Origin: Trichosphaerium sp. ATCC 40318
Lineage: Eukaryota; Protista; Tubulinea
NCBI GenBank assembly: GCA_038496445.1
Contig: JALMLS010000420.1
Location: forward strand, 124,001-188,000
Length of the DNA: 64,000 nucleotides
Direction: 5' to 3'
The notes under the pieces were generated by a model. The model was not told where the DNA came from. It saw only the letters and a program-made list of their open reading frames with translations, and did not search any database. Position 1 is the stretch's first letter. Every line of letters starts with the position of its first letter. This document shows positions 42,874-54,974 of the stretch, piece by piece. Made by a program: the position numbers and the translations under genes.

Positions 42874-45800
42874 ATGGCTTTACGCTCGGGCAAGACTAAA
42901 AAACGCCTTTCGGCAAGAAATCAAGTATGTTGAGACCAATTAGTACTTTTTTTATGTACTGGATGCGGTTAACCGTATGCTTACCACATACAACATTAAC
43001 GGCGCGCAGAACAATAGAATGAACTCTTTCGATAAGCGTACAAGCTTGCATGGTTATCCTACAGCGCCGAATGGCGTGGAGCTTACAGCACGCTTCAACA
43101 AACTCCTCGTGCGTACAAGCGCGAAAATATAAAAAAAAGTGTCGTACTAATTCCTAGTCTAGGATAAACTGAACATCCAAAGTGAAATCAAGCGCCAGGA
43201 CATGCATAAAAATTTTTCAGAAGAGAAGAAATGGATGTTTATTTGTCGTTACGACGAAAAAGGTATGACAGTGCTTTATTATCGCTTAGCGTTATTTATG
43301 GAGGCGTTTAGAACAAGCGAAAAAAAGCGCAAGAGCAAAAGATATGATAGAAAGTCTTAATAAGCACGTGACAAACAAGACACTTGGTGCTCTTGCTATT
43401 GCTCTTAAAACGGAAACTATTGCTTGGTTACAAGAGTTTATACAGTTGGGTGGTTGCAAGCTTATTTGCAGATTATTCTGCGATATGGTGCTTCGTGAAG
43501 AGCAAAAACGCGAAGGCAACTTGTAAGTTAATTTTTTTTTTCAAGTTTGTTTTAGTTAATCTTTATCTAGCCCACAAATAGTTTCTTTTGGTGCTGTGGA
43601 GGATCCAAAAGAACTTATAGGTGCACTCATACTTTGTTTGAGTAGTTTGATACGATATGAGGTGAGTACTACGCTTAATAACCATGACGATTTTAACTTT
43701 TTTTTTTCTTTTTTAGGAGTCTTTAGAGATGGTTGTACAAACTGAGAATATTGTTGACAACTTAGTGTCAGCAATTGATTTTATACATGATAAAATGCAA
43801 GCTACAACACTGCATTTACTTGCTGGCATGGCTTTAATGAACATATCTTTTTACCAGTACGACACGAACACCTTTTTTTTTTTGAATTTAATTTTAATAT
43901 TTTGTCATTACTCAACTAATCTCTGATTAAGCTTAATTGTGGAGATGCTTAGTGTTAAAATAGACGTAGTTATGCGTTTACTAATTACTGGATCTATGGA
44001 GATAAAGGTAAATCAATTAAAACCTCAGATAACACTATTTTAACCAGTGCAACGTGTAGACAAAATGTCTTACAATGATTAATGTATTGATCCATACAAA
44101 AAAATACTCAAGTCCACAGCAAACAACCATGCGTGCCATGTTCTTACAACGAGGATTAATACAAATTCTAAAGGTTCAACCTTGATATAATTACAACACG
44201 TTTCTTTTCGCTTAACGTCCATTTTAGGCGATTAGAAAATATGACTTTTCTGAAGATCTAGCTAAGCAACTCGAAGTATTCGATCTATTGCACTCGAGAT
44301 ACGGTCAAAATGTTGAAGTATCATCCAACGCTATCATGAATGATCCATTAGATGTACTTCAAATACTGAAAGGACAACTCAAATCAAGTCCTCTCGAAAC
44401 CACCTTCATAGAGTATCTAGAGAGTATTGTAAGTGCTCTAGATTACTCTTGCAAGATTGAAGGTAATATCCGCCTGTTTTAAGAAGTCATAAGTAATGTA
44501 GTTTAACATGCATTCTATTTAGTTGTTCGTGCTATTTTAACAGATAGTATTACCAAATTCAAGGAGGACTTCTCAATATCTCATGAAATGATGCAAGAGA
44601 ATAGTTCCCAGTCATCATCAAACAAAGAAAAGCCCTCAAGACCGTTATCTATGCAAAACAATAAAACAAGGGGATGGAAGAGTGGTTCAGTGTCTGCTTC
44701 AACAACGAAGAGAAGAACAACTGTAGCTTTTGCGAGTGCCCCACGTGTTTCTCCAAGAGGTAATAATGGTATGTGCATAGTAAAATGAGTGTGTTATTAA
44801 GTTAAGTAGATGATGTAAACGCTGAGAGTATCTCGGACGTTCTAGCATTGGAGGTTATTTCAAAACACAAACCACCTATAACAGACAAGGCCGGAATTAC
44901 TTGCATGGCTGGTACGCTTTTTTCCCTGATAATTTGTTACACGTGTTAAACACCATATATAGTTGTCAACTCTCCACCAACAGAAATTTGGTGTGGTTGT
45001 GGCGATGGCATGGTACATATTTGGGATGCTAAAGTATGTCTTATAATTTTTTCTTTATTCTTCAGTGTTTTTGTTTACAGTGTCTTATATCCTTCACTAG
45101 GCACAACGGCTTTTGGATATTAGTTTCAATCCATTACCAGGCCTCCCAGTATTATCAATGCTGTGGGCTGACGTCATATGGGTAGGACAAGACGATGGTG
45201 GCATCTCATTGTATTCAACAAAGGTACTGAAATTAAGAAAAAAAACCTTATGTACCTTGGTTGTTGCTTACTTTTCTACTAGCAACGCTTCAAGAAGAGG
45301 ATAGACAAACACAAGAACAGTGGCGTTACAGCCATGACTAGACTTCATCCAGGGGCATCTAGCAGGTACCAACCAGTTGTTTGGACCGGCGATATGGGTG
45401 GACGTGTTATACGATGGAAAGGAACTTCTTATAATGCTGAGTTTACTTTACCTGGCAAGCAAAGAGTGTGTTCATTTGCTTGTCCTACAAACTCCTCGGG
45501 TGAGACTGAAGTAGTATGGGTTGGCGCATACCAGCAGATATTCTTGGTTTCCAATGCAGGCAAACTTCTCAAGCAGATTAGCTCCATTGTTGTACGTCTC
45601 TACACTCCTTGATATATCCATCTTTTCCGTGTACTTACGTGTTCCTAGGGTATGGTTCGTAGCATCTCCGTTATTGGTAACAAAATGTGGGCTGCAGGTT
45701 ATCAAAAAGTGTACATTTACAACAAAGTATGCGAAATTTGTTTTTACAGCTAGTAATCGGGTAACTTATATCTTAATTGTAGCGTGAACACGACTTAGTT

Positions 45801-48800
45801 AAAGAATTGGAGTTGAGTAAAGCTAAGTTGTCTTGCATGTGCTTCGCGCGGGCAACAAACCATGTATGGATTGGTTCAGATGACTCCGATATCCATGTTA
45901 TTGATGCTGATGTACGCCTTTTGGAAGACTTTGCTTGCCAATGAATAATGTTACTAACTACCTTCAAGTCTCATAATGTCATGTATCACTTAACAGATCA
46001 TGAAGATGGTATGCTATGCCTACGATATACTGGCACAGGTGATATCATTTCAGCTGGTACACAAAAATACTTTGCCTGATTTTTCTTTTGAGTGTTTTTT
46101 GTTTTCTCTTATTGCTGATACCATTAAAGGTCGTGATAATTCTATGCTTTTCTGGAAATATTCCAAAGCTACGCCGTGGCAAGCGCTTAATATTTTGGGT
46201 ACAAGAAAGATCTTTAGAGGTACAAACAAGGAATGAGTGAAATTGATACTTATATTCTCTTTTTTTTCTTAGAACGACAAACCAAGGATAAAGACAACCT
46301 CAAAGTCGAATCTCAAGCTCCACCTGCACCAAAGGCACCTCCTGCAACATGGAGCCAGGTGAGACCAAACATGAAATACAAACCAATCACTTGGAACAAA
46401 CTAGCACGGATTGAGGTAACTATTTTCCTTTTTGTGTCTTTCTTCGTTAAAGTGTATCAAAGGGCACCGTATGGGAGAGCTTGAGACCAACAGGAGCTGC
46501 TTTTGACGAAGAGAAATTAAAGACAATTTTTACTTTATCCAAGAAGCAAGCAATGGCAAGGGCTGTTAAAGCCAAATCGTATGTGGTTATTTTCTACTTT
46601 TTGCCCAACTTTTGCTTTGAAAACTGACGTAATTTTTTTTCAAGTGTCATGCTTACAGGTGAACAACGTGTCATACCGTTGAAGCGTGGTAACGATATTT
46701 GTATTATTGTATTATCTCGATTTGCAAAGAAGGTACAGTACACCTGTTAGCGATACATACAACCCCGCTCATCTTGTTTTGTTAGAATGTAGCAATCGAT
46801 GGCTTGAAAAAAGCAATCTTGGGCATGGACACCAGTATTGTGTCTCCAGAGGATCTAAAATATATGGTTCAATATATACCTTCTGCTAATGAGGTACGCA
46901 TGCCTAGAAACCATTATATCCTCTTATCTTGGCTTACCCTTTGATGCCTAGCGTGTTCTCCTCAAGCCGTTCTACAGAAATCCTCCAAAAAATTTGGGTA
47001 AAGCTGAACGCTACCTTCTTATGGTACATCCCCTCGCACTCTTTTTGCGTGTATCTATAATATTAACTTAGTTTAGCTCATGAGTATCCCTGATGTAGAA
47101 AAGAAGCTCGCTTGCTGGAACACTGCAGCCAACTTTGATCCAATAGTAGAATCAGCATTCGACGTACAACTAACTATTCTTCTCTGAACGCCTCTAACTT
47201 TTCCTCCTAAGGCTATCGACGTTTTATCGCGTGCTTGTCTTGAAGTGGAAGTCAGTACAAAAATGCCACGTATTCTACAAGTACGAGACCAAGGCCAATT
47301 CTGAGTTTTTTGTTTCTGGGAAAGCTTTGTTGTAACATTCTTGCTCTGTAGATTATCTTGTCCATTGGTAATTTCTTGTTGCCTGATAGTGAAGAAGGTG
47401 CTGTAAAAGGATTCAGACTTTCATCTTTAGGAAAGGTACGTTGTTGTTGGTTATTACCTAGTCGCGAATTCTTACTTTTTTCATTACCAGTTCATCAAAC
47501 TCCATGGCGTTTCTAGTACAGACAAATTTATGAACTACCTTGCAAACACAATGCAAAAGAACCAACCAGGACTTGTTGATGTACTAACAGAGCTACCAAG
47601 CGTCGTTGAAGCCAGCAAGCGTATGTATTAGTACACCAACAACGTACACTCAATGATATTTTTAGAAAACTTGAATCTGATAGCTGGAGAGCTTGGTAAC
47701 CTCAAAGCAGGTCTCAAAGTCGTTGAAGATTTTTGTGATTTTGAAAGCAACATTGACAAAGAAGACATTTACAAAATTGTCTTAACGGTACGCTACGCCA
47801 ACCCTATTAAACAAACCCACGTACCACGTGCTGACTTCTTTGTGTAGCCCTTCTTGCAGAGTGCCCAAACGCGTATCTCTCAAGTTCTCTCTGAGATGAA
47901 GGTGTTAGAAAGTTCATTTAATAAAATCTTGCGATACTTTGGTGAACCACCAGTCACACAATCGAATGAATTCTTCTCTCACATTGCTGAATTTGCAAAG
48001 CAACTCAAGGTTAGTACTCCTCCTATTTTCTTTGGTTTCATCACTTCGCTTTTTTGGGTGGTACTTACGATACCATAGAGTGCTGCTGTGGAAAATGAGA
48101 AGCAGCATCAGCTCAACACACGATCTAACTTGGCAAATCAAGTCCAAGCAGTACGTTCAAAATAGCAAAGTTTTCCTTTTGATTAATGTTAATGACTCTC
48201 TATAGCAAATATTATCAAGTATAGACAAGCCAAAGAAACCTCCAGCGCAAGAACAACCACGGAAGAGATCAGAGGCTACTCTCAGACCTGGAAGGCCCCG
48301 ATCACGATGGGTATCAGGTTCATCCAAGTACGAACAGAAAAAAAACCTCATGAAAAATCATATTAACTCTTCACGTCTAGTTCCAAGCCACCAAAGCTCT
48401 CAATATCATCGCCAAGCTCTCCAAAAGCAAGCCCAAAAGCAAGCCCAAGAGCAAGTCCACGAGCAAGCCCACGTGCAAGCCCACGTGCAAGCCCACGTGG
48501 TCGCATTTCTTTGTCGTCTAGAGGCGCTGCAAACTTGGAACCATACAAAGGACCTGTTGATGTTACAAAGCCTCCTATTGATAATCCGCTGACACAAACA
48601 ATGTTTGGTATTGAGGATGACTTGACGACTACAATTACACAAGTAGTTCAGAGCAACTCTACTACTTTTGAACGTGACTATCGTCCAAGAACGACAACCA
48701 AGAGGCATCCCATCCCTCTTATTAAAGAAGAGCTAGTAGAACCTGATGCAGTACCAGTAGAAGCATTTGGTGACCTCTCACAGACGTTTTTGAACAAATT

Positions 48801-48846
48801 TTTGGCAGGCGAAGCAGATATTCTTTTCGACAATGGAACAACCTGA
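42874..48846 (+). CDS. Diaphanous-related formin (GBD/FH3, beta-propeller-like insert, minimal FH1, FH2)
   Basis: GBD/FH3 (EKKWMFI, L.IALKT..IAWLQEFIQLGG), WD-like repeats (IWCGCGDG.VHIW, VWIGSDDSDIHVID), FH2 (KPITWNKL..GTVW, AERYL.M, ILSIGNFL..GFRLSSL.K, YFGE..EFF..IAEF). Confidence 0.85.
48409..48500 (+). repeat. 12-nt coding tandem repeat, (A)SP[KR] units in the formin tail
   Basis: gcaagcccaaaa / gcaagcccacgt repeated about 7 times. Confidence 0.85.
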
Positions 48847-49147
48847 TTAAGAGCTGCGACTTGCTGTTTGCACCACAACGTGGAATTGTATAAAGATAAA
48901 ACAAAATAAAGTAGGTTTGAGAATAAGCTAAAAAATGGATGAATTAATGTATTCTTCTAACATCTGTGAACACCTCTACTGACGACACTGGCAACATGGG
49001 CAACAATTGAATTTGTTCTTTATAAAAAGCATGGTCTTGGTACCAAAATGAAACAATACCTTGATTCCTAGCGATTTAGTACTTAGGTGTGGAACTTACT
49101 TTATGTCGACCAACAATACCTAGCGAGTAATTACTACAAGTACATTG

Positions 49148-49543
49148 CAAAAAGAATGAGAGGCTTTGGTATCTTTGTTAAGGAATTCACTCATGTAGGC
49201 TCACATTGTTGGTAACAGCATTCTACAATGCCTGCTGCAATCAGGAATTATCACTATTAAGAACTGAAATTTATGTACCCTAACGAAGGTAACAGCACAA
49301 TGCAAGCCCGGCTCTAATGGTCAACATAGAGCAGCAACTACGACAGCCATGGGTTTGCGCATGACAGGCAGCCTTTAATTTGGCGGTGACCAACCCGCTG
49401 AGTGATAGAAGAACCAACCAGTCATCCTTTTGTACACGTACAAACATGAAAAAAATAAATTGTGGGATACTCTTCACCGAAATATCCATTTAAAATACTC
49501 AAATATGGATAATGCACATTTCAAAATGCTCGTAATCGCTTGT
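49148..49543 (-). ncRNA. Copy 2 (inverted) of the 396-bp element; invariant core 49148-49409
   Basis: Reverse complement of copy 4; same helices and signals. Confidence 0.6.
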
Positions 49544-50400
49544 ATTAGCTATTTGCGCGTGTTAGAACAGTATTGGAAAGGTTTTGAGTTTTTTAACGCC
49601 TTTGTAAGCGATTAATTCTTAATTTTTACTAGTCTTTTGTAATTCATTTCTTTGCTCTATCAGGCTACATTGGCGGTAATGGCGCTTTGGATATTCGCTT
49701 TACTTTGCACGAAAGGAAATACGTAATTGGACATGGGTTGAAAGTTGCTTCACAAAAGTAGAAAACGACGATACGAATCTTGGTTTTTTTCCTTTTTCAG
49801 GTATTAAATGGTGTCGTTTCATGTGTATATGTTTGTTAGCCTTTTAACGAAAACCAGAGTACTGCAGCAAATTTTATGCAAAAACCGATAAAAAAGCGCC
49901 AAAAAACTATCCAATGGTACCTTACGACTATTTTCGCGTATATCAATCGTTTTGGCTATTGAGAAGAGAGTTTAGTGTTCATACATAACCTTAACTTTGT
50001 TTATTTTCCGCCAAGCGCTTAAATACCTCCAATCAATTGAACGGAAACTAGTGATACCAGATTTAACAGCTCTGTAGTTTCTGGTCTCTGACTTCGAACC
50101 GTTTCGCTCTTTTTGACAATCAATTCATTATACGCAAAACCCTACGCGCATAGATGCAGTGGGAAGATTCTATACCTCAGGTGGTTCATTGTTATTTGAC
50201 CACGATGATGGACTTATGCTGACTTGAAAACCGTTTTAGCTCTAATTTTAACGCTGTCCAGTACTACTCATGTTGTGGACCGTGTTAACAAACAACGATA
50301 GAAAATGGATCTCACGTTGGAAATAAAAGGCATTAAAGGCTCAACAATTGCAAACACATACCGTATGTTTTCTGACGCGCTCTTAGACGTTGTCATTTCT

Positions 50401-50527
50401 AGTAGACCCGCCAAAAGTAAGCAGACTATTACTCGTTTCCTCAGTACTTATCGCGTCTGCAATAGGTAGCTGTACGTTGATACCAATAGTTCTTGTCATT
50501 TCGCTTACACGTTTTATGTTGTAGACT
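50401..50527. repeat. 127-bp invariant island, copy A
   Basis: Exact reverse complement of 52899-53025, with diverged flanks. Confidence 0.85.
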
Positions 50528-51701
50528 GCTCTTATTATCACTACTAAGCTACCTGGTGTTCTAAAGGACCTCTTAAAAGTAGCTATGGCGTACGACGAAG
50601 AAAATAACCAACATCGATTGTATTTTAACATGGCTCGGTGGCACCGTATGCAACCTCCTCCCTTTTTTTTTTTGTTCTCTCCTCAATCTGTAAAAACTCA
50701 CTCAACTTTTCTCCTAGACACAACCAGACGCAACGGTAATGTCGGTATAAATCAGATACATTTATAACATAGACTGTCCTCTACTGTTAATTGGCCACCG
50801 TTCGTTTCATTGTGGTCAATGTAGATGAAGGCACACTGCGCACCTATCGAAAAGTGAGTTCTAGGTTGTTTATATAACTGTTCTAACTGCTGTAGTGTAC
50901 AAAACAAACTGCGTATTTGGTATGAATTTTATTTAACTACGTGACCTCTTTTTCAGCGTTACCTCCCATTGTTGACTGCTGACAATGCTCTTATAAAATC
51001 AGCGCTTTGCATTACAGTTGCGGAAGGCATGTACGTGAACACGTACCGTTTAGGTACAATGAAAATATAAACTAGTTTTCTTTGCTTAACCCACAAAGTG
51101 TACGTTAATAACAATGGTTTTACAGTTTATTTAAGTATCAGGCGTATTGCAACCAGAGCAAGGAAGGAACTGTAGTCTAGCCATGTAATGAGCGCGTAGT
51201 GATAGTACATATTTTGTAATGGTTTGGTACCTCAATAGAAACCTACCATTTATTAATAAAAATCTTAAACCCACTTCCTTGTACCGTCCTGGGATAGATA
51301 GCGAAAAGTGAACAAAATTCTACCGTGAAGGAAAGCATAAAGTAATTGTGGTTTATATTATGCTTTTTAGCCCGAAGCATGTTAAAAGCATCAACAAGCA
51401 CGCACAATTGAAACGACACCATTTAATAGTACCTGAAAAAGGAAAAAACCAGTTCGCTTCACAAGATTCGTATCGTCGTTTTCTACTTTTGTGAAGCAAC
51501 TTTCAACCCATGTCCAATTACGTATTTCCTCTTGTGCAACACGAAACCGATCAAAACGTTCATTTTAGCCATTGTAATGCAACAGAGCAAGAAAATGAGT
51601 TTCTTAAACAGTACAAAGGGAAAACAGAATTAATCGCTTACAAACGCGTTAAAAAACCCAAAACCTTTCCAATACTGTTCTAACACGCGCAAATAGCTAA
51701 T

Positions 51702-52097
51702 ACAAGCGATTACGAGCATTTTGGAATGTGCATTATCCATATTCGAGTATTTTAAATGGATATTTCGGTGAAGTGTATCCCACAATTTATTTTTTTCATG
51801 TTTGTACGTGTACAAAAGGATGATCGTTTGGTTCATCTATCACTCAGCGGGTTGGTCACCGCCAAATTAAAGGCTGCCTGTCATGCGCAAACCCATGGCT
51901 GTCGTAGTTGCTGCTCTATGTTGACCATTAGAGCCGGGCTTGCATTGTGCTGTTACCTTCGTTAGGGTACATAAATTTCAGTTCTTAATAGTGATAATTC
52001 CTGATTGCAGCAGGCATTGTAGAATGCTGTTACCAACAATGTGAGCCTACATGAGTGAATTCCTTAACAAAGATACCAAAGCCTCTCATTCTTTTTG
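51702..52097 (+). ncRNA. Copy 3 of the 396-bp element; invariant core 51836-52097
   Basis: Identical core; upstream flank from about 51408 is homologous but diverged. Confidence 0.6.
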
Positions 52098-52898
52098 TAT
52101 GTACTTCTAGTATTTACATGTTAGTTTGTACGTCAAAGATGTAATTCGTATAACCCACGTAGTTCGATACGAGTACCTTCTGCAATAGAGTATAATTTAT
52201 ATTCCTCTTTATTGAATAATTTACAGACGCAATGGCTCATATGCAACGGTATATCCGCGCCGAACGAGCTAGCCTACTGGCCTAAACATAATTAATAAAC
52301 AAAAAATATAAGCAAGGCGAGAAACGAATTTTTTTTACAACAACAATAAATGTGCGTGCCTTTTGAAACTGTCGAAATAACTATATCCAGCTCTGTTGCT
52401 TGTGTCATCTACTGGAATTGACGACCTCGGGTACGGGCTCGCTCTTGTTGATATTGCGCTGTGTGTTACAGCACTAGCGTCCAGAATTCAACAAGAAGTG
52501 TACCATTCATAATAAATATACCTTCGGGTTTATACAACGGATTAGAAAAGAGCAATCTACAGAACGCCAAAAAAAAAGTAAAACAACATGGACTCACCTT
52601 GCAATTGGGCCGTTGGTTGCCTTCAACTACAAACGAAAAGTTCAATTGTTGCATCCACATTACAGATGCAGTCTGGTTTATGCTGTCGTTGCCGTTGTCT
52701 GGTTGCGTCTAGGATGAAAGTTGAGCGAGTTTTGTAGATTGAGGAACAAAAAAAGAGGTACTTGGTTGTAGTATCGTCACCTTGGCCTTAGTAAACATGT
52801 CTTTTCAACAGTTGCGATAAGTTACAGAGATAGAACTACCCTCCAATGTGCGGAGAATAAACGCCTAGAGGTCATTTATGTACTCTGAAGCGATAAAG

Positions 52899-53025
52899 AG
52901 TCTACAACATAAAACGTGTAAGCGAAATGACAAGAACTATTGGTATCAACGTACAGCTACCTATTGCAGACGCGATAAGTACTGAGGAAACGAGTAATAG
53001 TCTGCTTACTTTTGGCGGGTCTACT
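52899..53025. repeat. 127-bp invariant island, copy B
   Basis: Exact reverse complement of 50401-50527. Confidence 0.85.
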
Positions 53026-53724
53026 CGAAACGCCAACATCGTAGATAGCTTCTAAAAACGTATACGACGCGCTTGTAATCATACGTTGTTCAAAAAGACT
53101 TGTTTGTATGCCCTCTGATTTGTTGTTTGGGCTTAAAACACGAGACCGTTTTATGTTGGGTTTGTGTAGCATACAAGCTAGTATTTGAAGCGTGAACAAA
53201 AGCTAAAAAAAACGTTTGAGTTTAAAGTGAGTACTCAGTCATCACTGTCAACTAGCGATGTTCCAAACGAATAGAATACCGAATCTATCGCCAAAACGTA
53301 AAAAGTTGGAAATAGTCGACAATATTCCGATTAGCCGAAACATTGCCAAAACTAATACCATACGCGAAAATAGCCGTGAGGCAACATTAGCTAGTTTTTT
53401 GAGGTGTTTTAACCGGTTTTTACTTAAAACTTGTTGTAATAACCGTAACAAACTGTACATCTGAAACGATAACGTGAAATACCTGAAAAAGAAAAAAAAC
53501 CAGTTCGCTACACAAGATTCGTATCGTCGTTTTCCAATTTCATCTAATCTCCATATTCCCTTTTTGTGCAAAGTAAAGCAAACATTCGAAGGGTCACTAT
53601 AACCAGTGTAACATGAAGGAGCTAAGGAATGAATTAGTGCAAGCGCAAAAGAATTTATCACTTACAAACACCTTTGAGAACCAAAACTATTCCAATACTG
53701 TTCTCATACGCACAAATAGCTACC

Positions 53725-54120
53725 ACAAGCGATTACGAGCATTTTGAAATGTGCATTATCCATATTTGAGTATTTTAAATGGATATTTCGGTGAAGAGTA
53801 TCCCACAATTTATTTTTTTCATGTTTGTACGTGTACAAAAGGATGACTGGTTGGTTCTTCTATCACTCAGCGGGTTGGTCACCGCCAAATTAAAGGCTGC
53901 CTGTCATGCGCAAACCCATGGCTGTCGTAGTTGCTGCTCTATGTTGACCATTAGAGCCGGGCTTGCATTGTGCTGTTACCTTCGTTAGGGTACATAAATT
54001 TCAGTTCTTAATAGTGATAATTCCTGATTGCAGCAGGCATTGTAGAATGCTGTTACCAACAATGTGAGCCTACATGAGTGAATTCCTTAACAAAGATACC
54101 AAAGCCTCTCATTCTTTTTG
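53725..54120 (+). ncRNA. Copy 4 of the 396-bp element; invariant core 53859-54120
   Basis: Helices TCACTCA 53863-53869 / TGAGTGA 54075-54081 and GGGCTTGCATTGT 53959-53971 / ACAATGTGAGCCT 54059-54071. Confidence 0.6.
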
Positions 54121-54215
54121 CAACGTACTTGTAGTAATTACTCGGCAGGTATTTCTGCTTGGTCATTACGGCTTAAGCTCAGAAACGACTTGGCACATCA
54201 CTACATTGATAAAAA

Positions 54216-54795
54216 AACATACAAAGAGCCACGGAATTGGCGGAGATATGGGGTGTGAAACCGGATAGTAAGGATAATTTCTCGTATCGCACGTCCATGG
54301 GGTGGGTGATTAAAGGAATGTGTGAGAAGGTGAAAGGCATACTTGGATTGTCCAAGGCTAAAGCGGAGATGGCCACAAGTATGATCAACGTGGCATACAT
54401 TACGCTATTGTATCGAAAACACAAAGCGAGATGTAAAACGGAGGCAAAAATAAGGAGTGAGCGAGGTAGAACAGTTGGTAAAGGTAGATGGAAGAAGGTC
54501 AAGAGAAAGAGGAGTGAACGCTTGGACGAGTGAGTCGGGATGAAAGGGTATTGGTAGATAAGGGAGCGGAACAGACTATGTAGACGGGGTCGCAGGTTTT
54601 TATGCCAGGGGGCTTTTCCTGCAAGGGGGGTTTTCTGTAACTTTTCCTCCATTATTTTAATTCTTATTTTATTTTTTTACATTATAGGCTCTAGTAGCCA
54701 TGTCGGGTGGTGTGGCGTCTTTTCTATAGCGGCCTTATCTGCGCCCTGAAAGTCAACCCCAGACAATAAACAATAAACAAACAACAAACAAACAA
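54216..54795 (+). mobile_element. 5'-truncated non-LTR retrotransposon (LINE-like) copy
   Basis: 13-bp direct repeat ACATTGATAAAAA at 54203-54215 and 54796-54808. Intronless G-rich ORF remnant ending at 54533, structured 3' UTR, and a (CAATAAA)2(CAAA)n tail. Confidence 0.8.
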
Positions 54796-54974
54796 ACATT
54801 GATAAAAACCTAAACACGCGTCTTCTGAAGAGCTCCTGTACATAAATAAATGCTTGTTACATGTAAATTGATATCACAGTGACCTCTTGTACTAAGATAA
54901 ATGATTTGAACGCCTGATGAGTACCAACGAAAGGACACGGAAGATTTCATCTGCGAACTTGAATCCTAGTTTTG

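Larger units (their letters stand above)
49114..54153. repeat. Inverted duplication, arms about 49114-50870 and 52575-54153, with patchy identity
   Basis: Reverse-complement matches at the 396-bp core, the 127-bp island (50401-50527 / 52899-53025) and the 50680-50870 / 52575-52745 block, separated by diverged spacers. Confidence 0.8.

Noticed and set aside
49277-49284. ACCCTAAC as a telomerase template
   Set aside because: It is only 8 nt, lies on the strand disfavoured by the G-U pairing pattern, and sits within a hairpin.
49262-49390. Resemblance of MYPNEEQQLRQ..FNLAV to the TnpB/Fanzor HTH region
   Set aside because: It needs a chosen intron, contains a stop, and has no RuvC or zinc-finger sequence nearby.
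54914-54932. Hammerhead-like CTGATGA-GT-ACCA-AC-GAAA; also a possible C/D pair (TGATGA..CTGA at 54975)
   Set aside because: Stems I and III with a valid NUH site could not be formed, and no rRNA guide was recognised.
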